Counted from the first letter of the stretch, positions 18,555 to 27,422 are shown. The stretch is DNA of 64,000 nucleotides from an uncultured Planctomycetaceae bacterium (GCA_964548115.1 CAZJPQ010000016.1:4591-68590), one strand, 5' to 3'. Notes: a model not told the origin generated them from the letters alone. Translations and numbers: made by a program.

Positions 18555-18576
18555 TCTAGGCGAAGGAACGTCTAGA
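18555..18576 (+). promoter_or_regulatory. Leader hairpin TCTAGGCG-AAGGAA-CGTCTAGA with GGA in the loop, upstream of flagellin 2
   Basis: 8-bp stem including one G-U pair, with the loop AAGGAA. It lies 6 nt upstream of the AGGAGAGGGA Shine-Dalgarno. Arrangement parallels the flagellin 1 leader. Confidence 0.3.
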
Positions 18577-18598
18577 GTTACAGGAGAGGGATCTATCC

Positions 18599-20227
18599 AT
18601 GGCAACAATTGATTTTACCAGTTCTGTTGGCGACCCTATTTTCAGGGCCCAAAATAATTCTGTTAATCAAATTCGACGTTTTAGTCGTGCAGCTGCTGAT
18701 GCAGGTGTAAAGCTTAACGGCCAAGAGCGAATTGTCAATCCTGGCGATGATGCTTTGGCTTTTAACGCTTCTCGTCAGATTCGTTCTGATGTTCGAAGTT
18801 TACGAGTTGTGACCGAAACAGCCCAGATTAACGTTACGGGCTTGGGCCTTGCTATTGATGCTCTTGAAAGCATCAAAGGGCAGCTTGACACTGTTAAGGC
18901 AACTTTGATTCAAGCTCAGTCTGCAACGGACGATGAGCTGGCAACACTTCAACAGCAAATTGACCTTGCTGTTTCCTCAATTGATTCAACAGCCAATAAC
19001 ACAAAGCTTGGAAGTCGAAAGCTTATTAATGGTGAAAGTACTATTAAAGCTTACCAGTCAATTTCTACTGCTGGTGTGATTACTGAGTTTGCTGGAGTCT
19101 CTGGCGGTGCTTCACTTGGTGGTGCATCTGGGATTATTGGTGTACGCGTGAATAAAATGGGTGCTGCTACTACAACGAAGACTTTAACTGACGGTCGTAC
19201 TGTCTTGAGTCTTAACGCAAGTATCACCACTTCTGGTCAGCGTGCAGGTGTTGCTTATGCTGTTGGTGGTGCTGCTGCTACAGACGTTACTGTTTTCCGC
19301 GTTACAGGGAAGCTTGGTTCTGCAATTTTAACCATAGCAAGTACTGGCATGAGTACAGCAGAAAGTTCTGCTTTTAACGCTTTTGCAGCACAGACAGGCG
19401 TTGTGCTTAACCGTAATAATGCTACGACCGCCCAGCTTCAATCTGTTGGTTTTACCAATGAAGACTTCGTCAAGGTTGAGGTGATTTCTGCAACCAATGC
19501 TACCACGAGCTTTGGTGGTGCTGCTGCTGTTGGTGCTGTAGCCAGCGCTTCTGGAACAACTGGAACAGCAAGCTTTAACGGACAAGCAGTTGTCCTTAGT
19601 GGCGACAATGGTCTTACTGCTCGTTACCAAGAGAATGGCTTTGATATCGAAATTGATTTCGGAGCTTCCACGGTTGGTGGCGTTAATGCTACAACTCAGC
19701 GTACTTTGAACCTTGATCTTTCTCAAGGTATAACAGGGCTTGTTGGTGCAAGTTCTGGTGACACTGTTACTTATGGATTTGGAACCTTTACAAGTGCAAC
19801 ACTTGGACAAGGTTCAAGGATTTACTCTGTAAGTGAATCTACTGGTGTCTTCACAGTTGCAAGAAATACTGAAGGTAATAAGATTCTTAACGGCAGTGCT
19901 GTTGGTGACATCACTTCTGATGGCGCTTTATCGCTTTCAAGTGGGAGCACTCAGGAAGCGTTGACTACAGTTGATGCGGCTATTAGTCAAATCGTTAAAG
20001 AGCAAACTCGTTTAGGGCTTGTTCAATCAACCTTTATTAGCGCTATCACAAATGCAGAAGTTTCAATTGGTAACCTTTCGTCTGCAGACGCTGATATCAT
20101 TGGTGTTGATGCGGCAAGTGAAATTACGAACCTGATTCAAGCTCAGCTTGGTGTTTCAACTTCAAGTTCTGTGCTTTCTCAGGCAAACGCAATTCAAGCC
20201 AATATCTTCTCGCTCCTTAGAGGGTAA
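18599..20227 (+). CDS. Flagellin paralog (FliC/FlaA family, 542 aa). Roughly 75% identical to the upstream copy, identical over the last 40 aa.
   Basis: Same N-terminal (FRAQNNSVNQIRRF...RIVNPGDDALAF...NNTKLGSRKLING) and C-terminal flagellin motifs. The AGAGGGATCT leader motif is shared with copy 1. Confidence 0.85.
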   Translation: MATIDFTSSVGDPIFRAQNNSVNQIRRFSRAAADAGVKLNGQERIVNPGDDALAFNASRQIRSDVRSLRVVTETAQINVTGLGLAIDALESIKGQLDTVKATLIQAQSATDDELATLQQQIDLAVSSIDSTANNTKLGSRKLINGESTIKAYQSISTAGVITEFAGVSGGASLGGASGIIGVRVNKMGAATTTKTLTDGRTVLSLNASITTSGQRAGVAYAVGGAAATDVTVFRVTGKLGSAILTIASTGMSTAESSAFNAFAAQTGVVLNRNNATTAQLQSVGFTNEDFVKVEVISATNATTSFGGAAAVGAVASASGTTGTASFNGQAVVLSGDNGLTARYQENGFDIEIDFGASTVGGVNATTQRTLNLDLSQGITGLVGASSGDTVTYGFGTFTSATLGQGSRIYSVSESTGVFTVARNTEGNKILNGSAVGDITSDGALSLSSGSTQEALTTVDAAISQIVKEQTRLGLVQSTFISAITNAEVSIGNLSSADADIIGVDAASEITNLIQAQLGVSTSSSVLSQANAIQANIFSLLRG

Positions 20228-20297
20228 CGAAGAAGGAGAAAAGAAGCATCTTTAAGATACTTGCTTTTCATTCGAAGTTGTATACTTCACTGAAAGA

Positions 20298-20331
20298 ACA
20301 GGGCTCCCTGAGAAGGGAACCCTGTTTTTTA
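20298..20331 (+). terminator. Rho-independent terminator after flagellin 2
   Basis: ACAGGGCTCCC-TGAGAA-GGGAACCCTGT hairpin followed by a TTTTTTATT run. Confidence 0.65.
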
Positions 20332-20416
20332 TTGAGAAGGTGATAAAGGCCTATGTTTTTGATCTCCAAAAAAAGCTAATATGTGACATTAATCACTATT
20401 TAAAAAAGATCGAAAC

Positions 20417-21694
20417 GTGGTACGCGCTATGAAGAAGAAATTGCGAAAACGAAGGGCAAGTGTTGGAAGATCTTTAGAAGATCTTTCTTCTGAGAGGAAG
20501 CAAGCGTTGGCTCAGCTTATCTCAGAGTTTTCAAATGATCAGAATATTGAGGCTGAGGCAGGAGATTTAAAAAGAAAAGAATCAAAGTCAGAGAATATAC
20601 CTTCTTTACAAAATCAAGATCGCGAGACTCATAGTTTGCAAAGAAGAGGTTCTCAGAGTCGGACACCGAAGTATCGGCGTCAAATTAACCTTGCACACTT
20701 GTTTTTCTGTAAGCAGCGAGGCGTGCATATGTCTGAAATTGCAAGCCTTGAGGGGTACGATGATCTGACTTTTACAGAGGGTGAGGCCCTCAGTTCAGAA
20801 GAACGCCGTCAGAACAAAACCTTTCGAAAACGTTTTCAACGGGACCGTAAAGACTTAGAAAGCCTTGGGATTGAAATTGAGCAAGTCTCTGATCCAGAAA
20901 AAGAAAAAGCTCTTTTTCGGCTCAAGAGTTCTTCACTTATTAGCGAGCGCATAGAGTTTGAGTTAGAAGAGCACGTGTTAATTGACGCTCTTGCTACTTA
21001 CTACCCTGAACTTAAAACGACACTACTAGGAAAGTTTCTATTTTCTGCTATTACAAAACTGAAAGCAGGCTCAAGAGCACAAGGGGTTGCGTTCCAAAAA
21101 ACAAAGAATACTTACCGTCAAGTTGCTGTTTTGAAGAATGATCTTTCGAAACTTGATAAATGCTTTCTTGCTTGTGCTCAAAGAAAGGCGTTGCGTTTTT
21201 TTTATATGAAAGCTGGAGAAATGGAAAAAAGTCTTCGAGTTGTTGAACCATGGGGTTTTGTGCGCAGAAACCTTCGTTGCTATTTGGTCGGTTATGATCA
21301 AGGTGCTCAAGAGCAACGTGTTTTCAGGCTTTCGCGTATAAAGGGAAAAGTGGAAATACTCACCACTGAAGAACCTTTTGAGCTTCCTGATGACCTTAAG
21401 CTTGAATCCTATTTTTCTGCAATGCCTCTTTCAGGAGGTAGGCAGGCCATTAGAAAAATAGGTGTCCGTTTTGACCATGAAATTGGATTTATTATTGAAA
21501 ATGAATTTAAAGGAATTTATCCCATGACAAGGAAAAGCGATGGTAGTGTTGTCATGACAATTCCTGCTGCCTATCCATTAGAGCTTTATCAGTATCTTGC
21601 TGACTTTGCCGGATACTTTGAAATTTTCACACCGCCTTCCTTAGCTTACGATTTTCAAGCGAGGCTTGAAGAAACATTAACCCTTTATGAATAG
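20417..21694 (+). CDS. HTH-WYL-WCX transcriptional regulator (PafB/PafC-like), first of a pair
   Basis: Winged-helix HTH (RRQINLAHLFFCKQRGVHMSEIASLEG ... FRKRFQRDRKDLESLGIEIE). WYL domain (VVEPWGFVRRNLRCYLVGYDQGAQEQRVFRLSRI). C-terminal WCX-like segment (LELYQYLADFAGYFEIFTPPSL). The basic low-complexity N-terminal 90 aa may or may not be translated. Confidence 0.7.
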   Translation: MVRAMKKKLRKRRASVGRSLEDLSSERKQALAQLISEFSNDQNIEAEAGDLKRKESKSENIPSLQNQDRETHSLQRRGSQSRTPKYRRQINLAHLFFCKQRGVHMSEIASLEGYDDLTFTEGEALSSEERRQNKTFRKRFQRDRKDLESLGIEIEQVSDPEKEKALFRLKSSSLISERIEFELEEHVLIDALATYYPELKTTLLGKFLFSAITKLKAGSRAQGVAFQKTKNTYRQVAVLKNDLSKLDKCFLACAQRKALRFFYMKAGEMEKSLRVVEPWGFVRRNLRCYLVGYDQGAQEQRVFRLSRIKGKVEILTTEEPFELPDDLKLESYFSAMPLSGGRQAIRKIGVRFDHEIGFIIENEFKGIYPMTRKSDGSVVMTIPAAYPLELYQYLADFAGYFEIFTPPSLAYDFQARLEETLTLYE

Positions 21695-21706
21695 GGGGTT
21701 CAAAAT

Positions 21707-22756
21707 TTGCTACCAAAACACTTCCAGCTACAGGAGAACCTGGCAATGGAAACGAGTTTAGAGCGGGTGCAATTCTTGCTGAACCTGATGAGCTTTTTAA
21801 AAAGTCACTCAAAGATAGGTCTTCAAGAGCTTGCAGAGCATTTTCAGCTTTCAGAGCAAGATATGGAAAAAATCTTGCTTCAAGAACTTGCGATTACGGG
21901 TGTTCCTCCATACTCGCCAAGTGACTACACCATGATTTTCATAACATCAAAAGCTGGCAAGAAGCATGTTCAGCTCCACCAAAGAGAAGATTTGCGTCGT
22001 CCTGTAAAGCTGACAGCTGCTGAAGCATTTGCTTTAAAAAGCACTCTTGAAGTTTATGCTCGTTCAGCTCCGATAGAAGTTCGCGCCTTTATAGATTCAA
22101 TTCTCAATAAAATTACACAAGCAATGCAAGGTAAAGCGGCCTTGTCGCCCCAGACTCCTCAATTTGCAGTGCGCGATCAAAGTCAGGCAATAAAAAAACG
22201 TCTCGAGCTTATTGATTACGCTATATTGCATTCGCGAATTATTGAGATCGAGTATTATTCTGGATCACACGGGAAGCTCTTAAAACGTCGTATTCATCCT
22301 TTATTGCTTTTTGAAGAGGGAACACGCTTTTTTTTGAAAGCTTACTGCGAGCTTCGAAGGGCAAAGAGAAGCTTTCGGATTGACCGCATTGCCGAGCTTG
22401 ACATTCTTGAACAAAAGTTTATTGCATCAAAAACGTCTGCTCAAAAGAAAGAAACCCAGGATGCTCTTGGTTGGGATGGATCAAAAGCGAAAGGGGTGAT
22501 GGTTGTTCGCTTTGAGCCTGTTTGTGCTGAGGAAGTCCTTGAAGAGTGGGCTTCACATTACGCTAAAGCAGACTTTGAGAAAGATGGAAGTTTACTTCTG
22601 AGCCTTCCTCTATACTCTGAAGCCTGGGCTATTGGGTGGGTTCTTTCTTTTGGTTGTCAAGCCGAACTGCTTGAACCAAAATATTTGCGTCAAGAATTTG
22701 TGAAACGTTTAAAATTAATGATGGCTCGGAATAAACAAGCTTTAAAATCTCCATAA
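21707..22756 (+). CDS. HTH-WYL-WCX transcriptional regulator (PafB/PafC-like), second of the pair
   Basis: HTH (IGLQELAEHFQLSEQDMEKILLQEL...GVPPYS). WYL (IIEIEYYSGSHGKLLKRRIHPLLLFEEGTRFFLKAYCELRRAKRSFRIDRI). WCX (SEAWAIGWVLSFGCQAELLEPKYLRQEF). Starts 13 nt after the stop of the first gene. Confidence 0.7.
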   Translation: MLPKHFQLQENLAMETSLERVQFLLNLMSFLKSHSKIGLQELAEHFQLSEQDMEKILLQELAITGVPPYSPSDYTMIFITSKAGKKHVQLHQREDLRRPVKLTAAEAFALKSTLEVYARSAPIEVRAFIDSILNKITQAMQGKAALSPQTPQFAVRDQSQAIKKRLELIDYAILHSRIIEIEYYSGSHGKLLKRRIHPLLLFEEGTRFFLKAYCELRRAKRSFRIDRIAELDILEQKFIASKTSAQKKETQDALGWDGSKAKGVMVVRFEPVCAEEVLEEWASHYAKADFEKDGSLLLSLPLYSEAWAIGWVLSFGCQAELLEPKYLRQEFVKRLKLMMARNKQALKSP

Positions 22757-22924
22757 ACTTTAAATCAAGAATTCTTACTGTCAATTTCGCCTTTCACCAA
22801 AAAGAAAATAGGATCTTTGACGCTTGTTCCTTTTCTTCTTATGATTACTCTTGATATCAATATACTTTCCATAAGAGTAAGAAATTATTCAAAAGCAGAG
22901 AGTAAATAAGGAAAAAATAGAACA

Positions 22925-23875
22925 ATGAAAATAATAGAGTGTGTTCCAAATATTTCAGAAGGCCGAAATCAAAAAACGATCACTACTATCCAACAAAGTG
23001 TTCAGGGAATCAAGGGGGTGAAATTGATTTCTTGTGAATCAGATGCTGATCATAACCGTAGTGTTTTAACACTTGCAGGTGAGCCTGAAGGATTACTTGA
23101 TGGAGCCTTTGAGATTTATCGATTGGCACTTGAGCTGATTGATTTAAGGAAACACCAGGGGGAACACCCAAGAATGGGGGCGGTAGATGTTTGTCCCTTT
23201 ATCCCTGTTCAGGAAAGTAGTATGGAAGAATGTGTAGAACTTGCAAACAAGCTTGGGGAGCGTGTTGGTAAAGAACTTTCGGTTCCGGTTTATCTTTATG
23301 AAAGTGCCGCTCAAAATCCTGAACGACAAAATCTTGCTAAAATTCGTAAGGGGCAGTTCGAAAAATTACGAGAGCTTATTGGCCAGGACCAGTCAAAGGT
23401 TCCAGACTATGGTCCAAATGCTATTCATCCAAGCTTTGGTGCCACAGCCATTGGTGCACGTTTCTTTTTAATTGCTTATAATGTTAACTTGGAAGGAGAT
23501 GCTGTTGAACTTGCTCAAGCAATAGGAAAAGCTATTCGAGAAAAAAATGGTGGCCTTGCAGGAGTAAAAGCCATGGGCTTTGAGATTGAGATTGCTGGCA
23601 AGAAGTATGCTCAGGTTTCGATGAATTTGGTTGATTATCGTAAAACTTCTCCTGCTCAGGCTTATCAACGCATTATGGAACTTGCACGTGAGCAAAATGT
23701 AGAAGTTAAGGAATCAGAGCTTGTTGGTGTGATTCCTCAAGCTGCGATGGAGCTTTGTGCCAAGCAGCTGGGAATTGAGGCTTCCGATAATCTCCAGGTC
23801 TTAAATCAAGAAGTTGCTAAGGCTTTGAAACTCAAAGATTATAGACCGGAACTTATCCTTGAGAATAATCTTTAA
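22925..23875 (+). CDS. Glutamate formimidoyltransferase (FtcD N-terminal domain homolog)
   Basis: Starts MKIIECVPNISEGRN. ECVPNFSEGR is the hallmark N-terminus of formiminotransferases. Length and the rest of the sequence are consistent with the FT domain. Confidence 0.75.
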   Translation: MKIIECVPNISEGRNQKTITTIQQSVQGIKGVKLISCESDADHNRSVLTLAGEPEGLLDGAFEIYRLALELIDLRKHQGEHPRMGAVDVCPFIPVQESSMEECVELANKLGERVGKELSVPVYLYESAAQNPERQNLAKIRKGQFEKLRELIGQDQSKVPDYGPNAIHPSFGATAIGARFFLIAYNVNLEGDAVELAQAIGKAIREKNGGLAGVKAMGFEIEIAGKKYAQVSMNLVDYRKTSPAQAYQRIMELAREQNVEVKESELVGVIPQAAMELCAKQLGIEASDNLQVLNQEVAKALKLKDYRPELILENNL

Positions 23876-23913
23876 AAAACTTTTAAGCATTCAAACCAAG
23901 AGGAGGGAACTCT

Positions 23914-24546
23914 ATGGAACAAGCTTCATATATGAGTGGTGTAGAGGCATTTTTGGATGACCTTGCTTCGAACCGGCCAACTCCTGGCGGCGGAGCGGCG
24001 GCGGCATTACTTGGAGGCATTGGTTCGGCACTTACTGCTATGGTAGCGAATTTAACGCTTGGTCGAAAAAAATACCAGGAAGTTCAAGCCGAGGCCGAGC
24101 AACTGGCTCAGGATGCACTTCGTTTAAAGAATGAACTTTTGGTTTGTTATCAGGAAGATGTAGAGGCTTACAACCAAGTTTCTGCAGCCTATGTTTTGCC
24201 TAAAGAAGATGACGCCCAAAAAGCTTTACGACGAGAAAGTATTCAAAAAGCTTTAAAAATAGCAACCTTAGCACCTTATGAATGTGCTCAAAAAGCTCTT
24301 AAGGGGCTTGAACTTGCAAAAAACGTTGCAGCTATTGGAAATATCAACGCTCTTTCTGATGCTGGAGTGGCTGCTTTAGCCTTGAGGGCTGCAGTTTATG
24401 CCGCAGGGCTTAATATGCGCATAAACCTTGGCAGTATTAAAGACCAAGCTTTTCATAAGGAGTACAGTGAACTTGTTGCAAAGCTTGAAGGACAAGCAGA
24501 TCAAACCTTTGCAGAAGTACAAGCCATTATTGCTCCAAAGATTTAA
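23914..24546 (+). CDS. Formiminotetrahydrofolate cyclodeaminase (FtcD C-terminal domain homolog)
   Basis: TPGGGAAAALLGGIGSALTAMVANLT is the cyclodeaminase N-terminal motif. About 210 aa, all alpha-helical. Immediately follows the transferase gene. Confidence 0.75.
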   Translation: MEQASYMSGVEAFLDDLASNRPTPGGGAAAALLGGIGSALTAMVANLTLGRKKYQEVQAEAEQLAQDALRLKNELLVCYQEDVEAYNQVSAAYVLPKEDDAQKALRRESIQKALKIATLAPYECAQKALKGLELAKNVAAIGNINALSDAGVAALALRAAVYAAGLNMRINLGSIKDQAFHKEYSELVAKLEGQADQTFAEVQAIIAPKI

Positions 24547-24569
24547 AAGAAATTCTCGCGAGTGTTTTT

Positions 24570-26513
24570 ATGAATAGGAATGAAGAGGTTTACGTGGCAA
24601 AACAAAGTAAAGCCAAAGAAGTGCGAAATAAAAAGAAATCGTCGAAAAGAATGAATGCTTCTTATCCAACTCTTGGTCTCAGGCAAGCCGTTGGTTCAAA
24701 ACCACACATTCGCTACACGGTTTCAATGCCTGAGCCATGGACACATTACCTTGAAGTCTGTGTTGAAGTTCAAGGTCTTGAAGCAGAAGAAGTTGAGCTC
24801 CAATTTCCAGCTTGGACTCCAGGAAGTTATAAAATTCGTGAATTTGCTCGTAATGTCTCAGAGCTCCAGGCTTATACTTTAAACCAAAAAAAAGGTGGGC
24901 GATTGCCCCTTGATTGCAAGCAAATCAGCAAAGATAGCTGGCGAATTACTTCGAACAAAAAGAAACAATTTTTTGTTTCTTTTCGAACCTATTGTTTTGA
25001 ATGGAGTGTGCGCACAGCCCATGTGGATGAAAGCCACGCGTTTTTTCAGTCAACAAATATTTTGCCCTACTTTAAAGATTACCTTGAACTTCCAGCATTG
25101 CTGGAGATTATTCCTTATGCTGATTGGAAAGTTGCTTGCCCGCTTGCTCGGATTAAAGGAAAAGGCAACATTTTTTTTGCTCCTTATTATGATATCCTCG
25201 CAGATGCGCCTGTAGAGGTAGGAAGTCATCAAGCATATTGCTTTCAAGTTGATGGCAAACCTCATGAAATTGCTCTTTATGGCTGGGGAAATCACGATGC
25301 GGACCAGATGGTGCAAGATTTTGCTAAGATTGTCCGGGCGGCAAAAAAACATTTCTCAGATCAACTTCCTTATGATAACTACCTTTTCATTTTGCATCTT
25401 TTGCCAACAGCTAACGGAGGGCTTGAGCACCTCAACGCTCAAGTTTCAGCCTGGCCTTCTTTGAAATTTTCGAGCCGTGAAGAGTATGAAGACTTCTTAA
25501 GTTTAATTAGCCACGAATTCTGGCATACCTGGAACGTCAAGCGCATTCGTCCAAACACCCTGGGGCCTTTTGATTATAGTAAGGAACAATATACTGAAGC
25601 GCTTTGGATTATGGAGGGGCTTACAGTTTACTATGAGTGGATTGTTTTGCTGCGAGCAGGGCTTGTCACACCTGAACGAGTTCTGAAAGCTTGGAGTCAA
25701 GAGCTGAATCGTTTCAGCAATCGTCCGGGCAATCAAGTAATGAGTTTGAAGGAATCAAGCTTTCTAGCTTGGACAAAGCTCTATCTTGCCGATGAGAATT
25801 TTGTGAATTCAGGTATAAGCTACTACCTTAAAGGTGGGCTTGTTGGGCTTTTGCTTGACCTTAAGATTCGAGAGCGCACTCAGCATAAACGTTCTCTTGA
25901 TGATGTCATGCATCTTGCATTTGAGCGTTATGGCTGGCCGCAGCCAGGTTTTAAAACGGGAGGTTTCGAGGATCTTGTGCTTGAAGTCGTACTTCAAACA
26001 CAAAAGAAAAATCAATATAAATCAGAACAAACATATTGGAAGGGGTGGTTTCGTGAACACCTTGAAGCAAAAACAGATCTTCGTTTTGAGAAATCCTTCA
26101 AAGATTTTGGCCTTAAACTTGGGCATACTTCCGTTGAGAAGGTAGGTCTTGATGGCAAAAAGCAAAAACTTCAAACAAAAGCCTGGGCAGGCTGGGAGGT
26201 CATCGACAATAAAGGCGAGATTAAGGTTCAGCTGGTGCGCCTTGGGTCTCCAGCAAGCCGTGCTGGAGTGAGCGCACATGACGAAATTATTGCTTTAAAC
26301 CGGGTTCGTGTTAACTCTAAAGCCACGTTTGATACGTTGTTTAAAACATTCTATCCAGGACAAAAGATTGAAGTTAGTGTTTTCCGTTCAGGTTTGTTGC
26401 AACACTATACTCTTGAGTTGGGAGAGGTTGAGGCAGGTGAACTTCAACTTTCTTTCAGCGAAAAGGCAACCTTAAAGCAAAAGCAAGCGCGAAAGAAATG
26501 GCTTGGAGCTTAA
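24570..26513 (+). CDS. M61-family glycyl aminopeptidase with C-terminal PDZ domain
   Basis: HEFWHTWNVKR (HExxH zinc site), central EGLTVYYEW, and a C-terminal PDZ-like segment (GWEVIDNKGEIKVQLVRLGSPASRAGVSAHDEIIALN). Confidence 0.6.
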   Translation: MNRNEEVYVAKQSKAKEVRNKKKSSKRMNASYPTLGLRQAVGSKPHIRYTVSMPEPWTHYLEVCVEVQGLEAEEVELQFPAWTPGSYKIREFARNVSELQAYTLNQKKGGRLPLDCKQISKDSWRITSNKKKQFFVSFRTYCFEWSVRTAHVDESHAFFQSTNILPYFKDYLELPALLEIIPYADWKVACPLARIKGKGNIFFAPYYDILADAPVEVGSHQAYCFQVDGKPHEIALYGWGNHDADQMVQDFAKIVRAAKKHFSDQLPYDNYLFILHLLPTANGGLEHLNAQVSAWPSLKFSSREEYEDFLSLISHEFWHTWNVKRIRPNTLGPFDYSKEQYTEALWIMEGLTVYYEWIVLLRAGLVTPERVLKAWSQELNRFSNRPGNQVMSLKESSFLAWTKLYLADENFVNSGISYYLKGGLVGLLLDLKIRERTQHKRSLDDVMHLAFERYGWPQPGFKTGGFEDLVLEVVLQTQKKNQYKSEQTYWKGWFREHLEAKTDLRFEKSFKDFGLKLGHTSVEKVGLDGKKQKLQTKAWAGWEVIDNKGEIKVQLVRLGSPASRAGVSAHDEIIALNRVRVNSKATFDTLFKTFYPGQKIEVSVFRSGLLQHYTLELGEVEAGELQLSFSEKATLKQKQARKKWLGA

Positions 26514-26594
26514 AGTCCAGCTCTCTTTAGTAAAAAGCTTTGTATAAAACTGTAGAAAGGGGAGCTTGCATAAGCGCTAGGAGTAAGAAGTTTG

Positions 26595-27422
26595 TTATGT
26601 TCTATTCCAGCGTTTTTTCTGACGCAAGTTACTTAAAATTTCTCGTTCACGGGAGGCTATAAAACGCAAAATTTGGTTGTGTCCTCGGCGTAGTTTGAGG
26701 GTTGAATCAATATCACTATAAGCTAGAGCATAAACTGTTTGTCCTTCAATATTCAGCTTTCGGGCAACAATTCTTCCCATCAGTTCAACGGCATTAATCA
26801 GTCCTGGTAACGCAAGGCTCATTTGAATCTCAGCGCCAGGAGTAAATTGAAAGGGAGGTTCTGTGGTAAAGGTAAAAGAAAGTCCACCACCAGAAATATC
26901 CCATAAAATGCCTTCAATTCCATCAACTTGTTTTTTACTTTTGAGCCGACTCTTTTTAGACTTACGTTGAGAGCGTTTCGTTTTTTGCTCTTGATCTTCA
27001 GCAAAAGTAATTCCAATTTTGACAGGGTCTTTTGCGTTTGCTCGAACTCGAAAGTAACCACGTCGCTGGAGTACAAGAATGCTTCCAGGGTAACGTATTT
27101 CCCAGGCATCAAGTTCCTCCCCAAGCTTACTTTTCCATTTAACACTTCGTTGAAAAGTCGTGTAGAAAACTAAGCTGAGGTCGTCATATTCAAAACGTAT
27201 TTCTGCGCGACTTTGATGAATAGATTTTGGAGCATCAGGAGTAAATGCGATATAGAGCCTGCGCTGAGAACCTGCTTGAGGGCGATCAGTGTAAAGAAAA
27301 GTGCTCGTAACGGGTTGCTTTGGTTTTTCTTCGAATACAATTTTACAGGGAGCATTCTTTAAGCATGCTGTTTTAATGGCTTCGAGTTGACGGTTCTTTG
27401 GAAACTTTACGGCTTCGTCCAT
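26595..27422 (-). CDS. YcgR-like c-di-GMP receptor (PilZ N-terminal domain plus PilZ domain), a putative flagellar brake
   Basis: PilZ motifs QRRGYFRV (RxxxR) and DISGGGLSF (D/NxSxxG), with a roughly 110-aa N-terminal domain typical of YcgR/PilZN proteins. Confidence 0.6.
   Translation of the reverse strand: MDEAVKFPKNRQLEAIKTACLKNAPCKIVFEEKPKQPVTSTFLYTDRPQAGSQRRLYIAFTPDAPKSIHQSRAEIRFEYDDLSLVFYTTFQRSVKWKSKLGEELDAWEIRYPGSILVLQRRGYFRVRANAKDPVKIGITFAEDQEQKTKRSQRKSKKSRLKSKKQVDGIEGILWDISGGGLSFTFTTEPPFQFTPGAEIQMSLALPGLINAVELMGRIVARKLNIEGQTVYALAYSDIDSTLKLRRGHNQILRFIASREREILSNLRQKKRWNRT

Noticed and set aside
24655-26279. Multiple 70-106-aa ORFs in alternative frames within the M61 peptidase gene
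   Set aside because: They overlap a well-supported 647-aa ORF with an HExxH motif. They have no RBS and no motifs.
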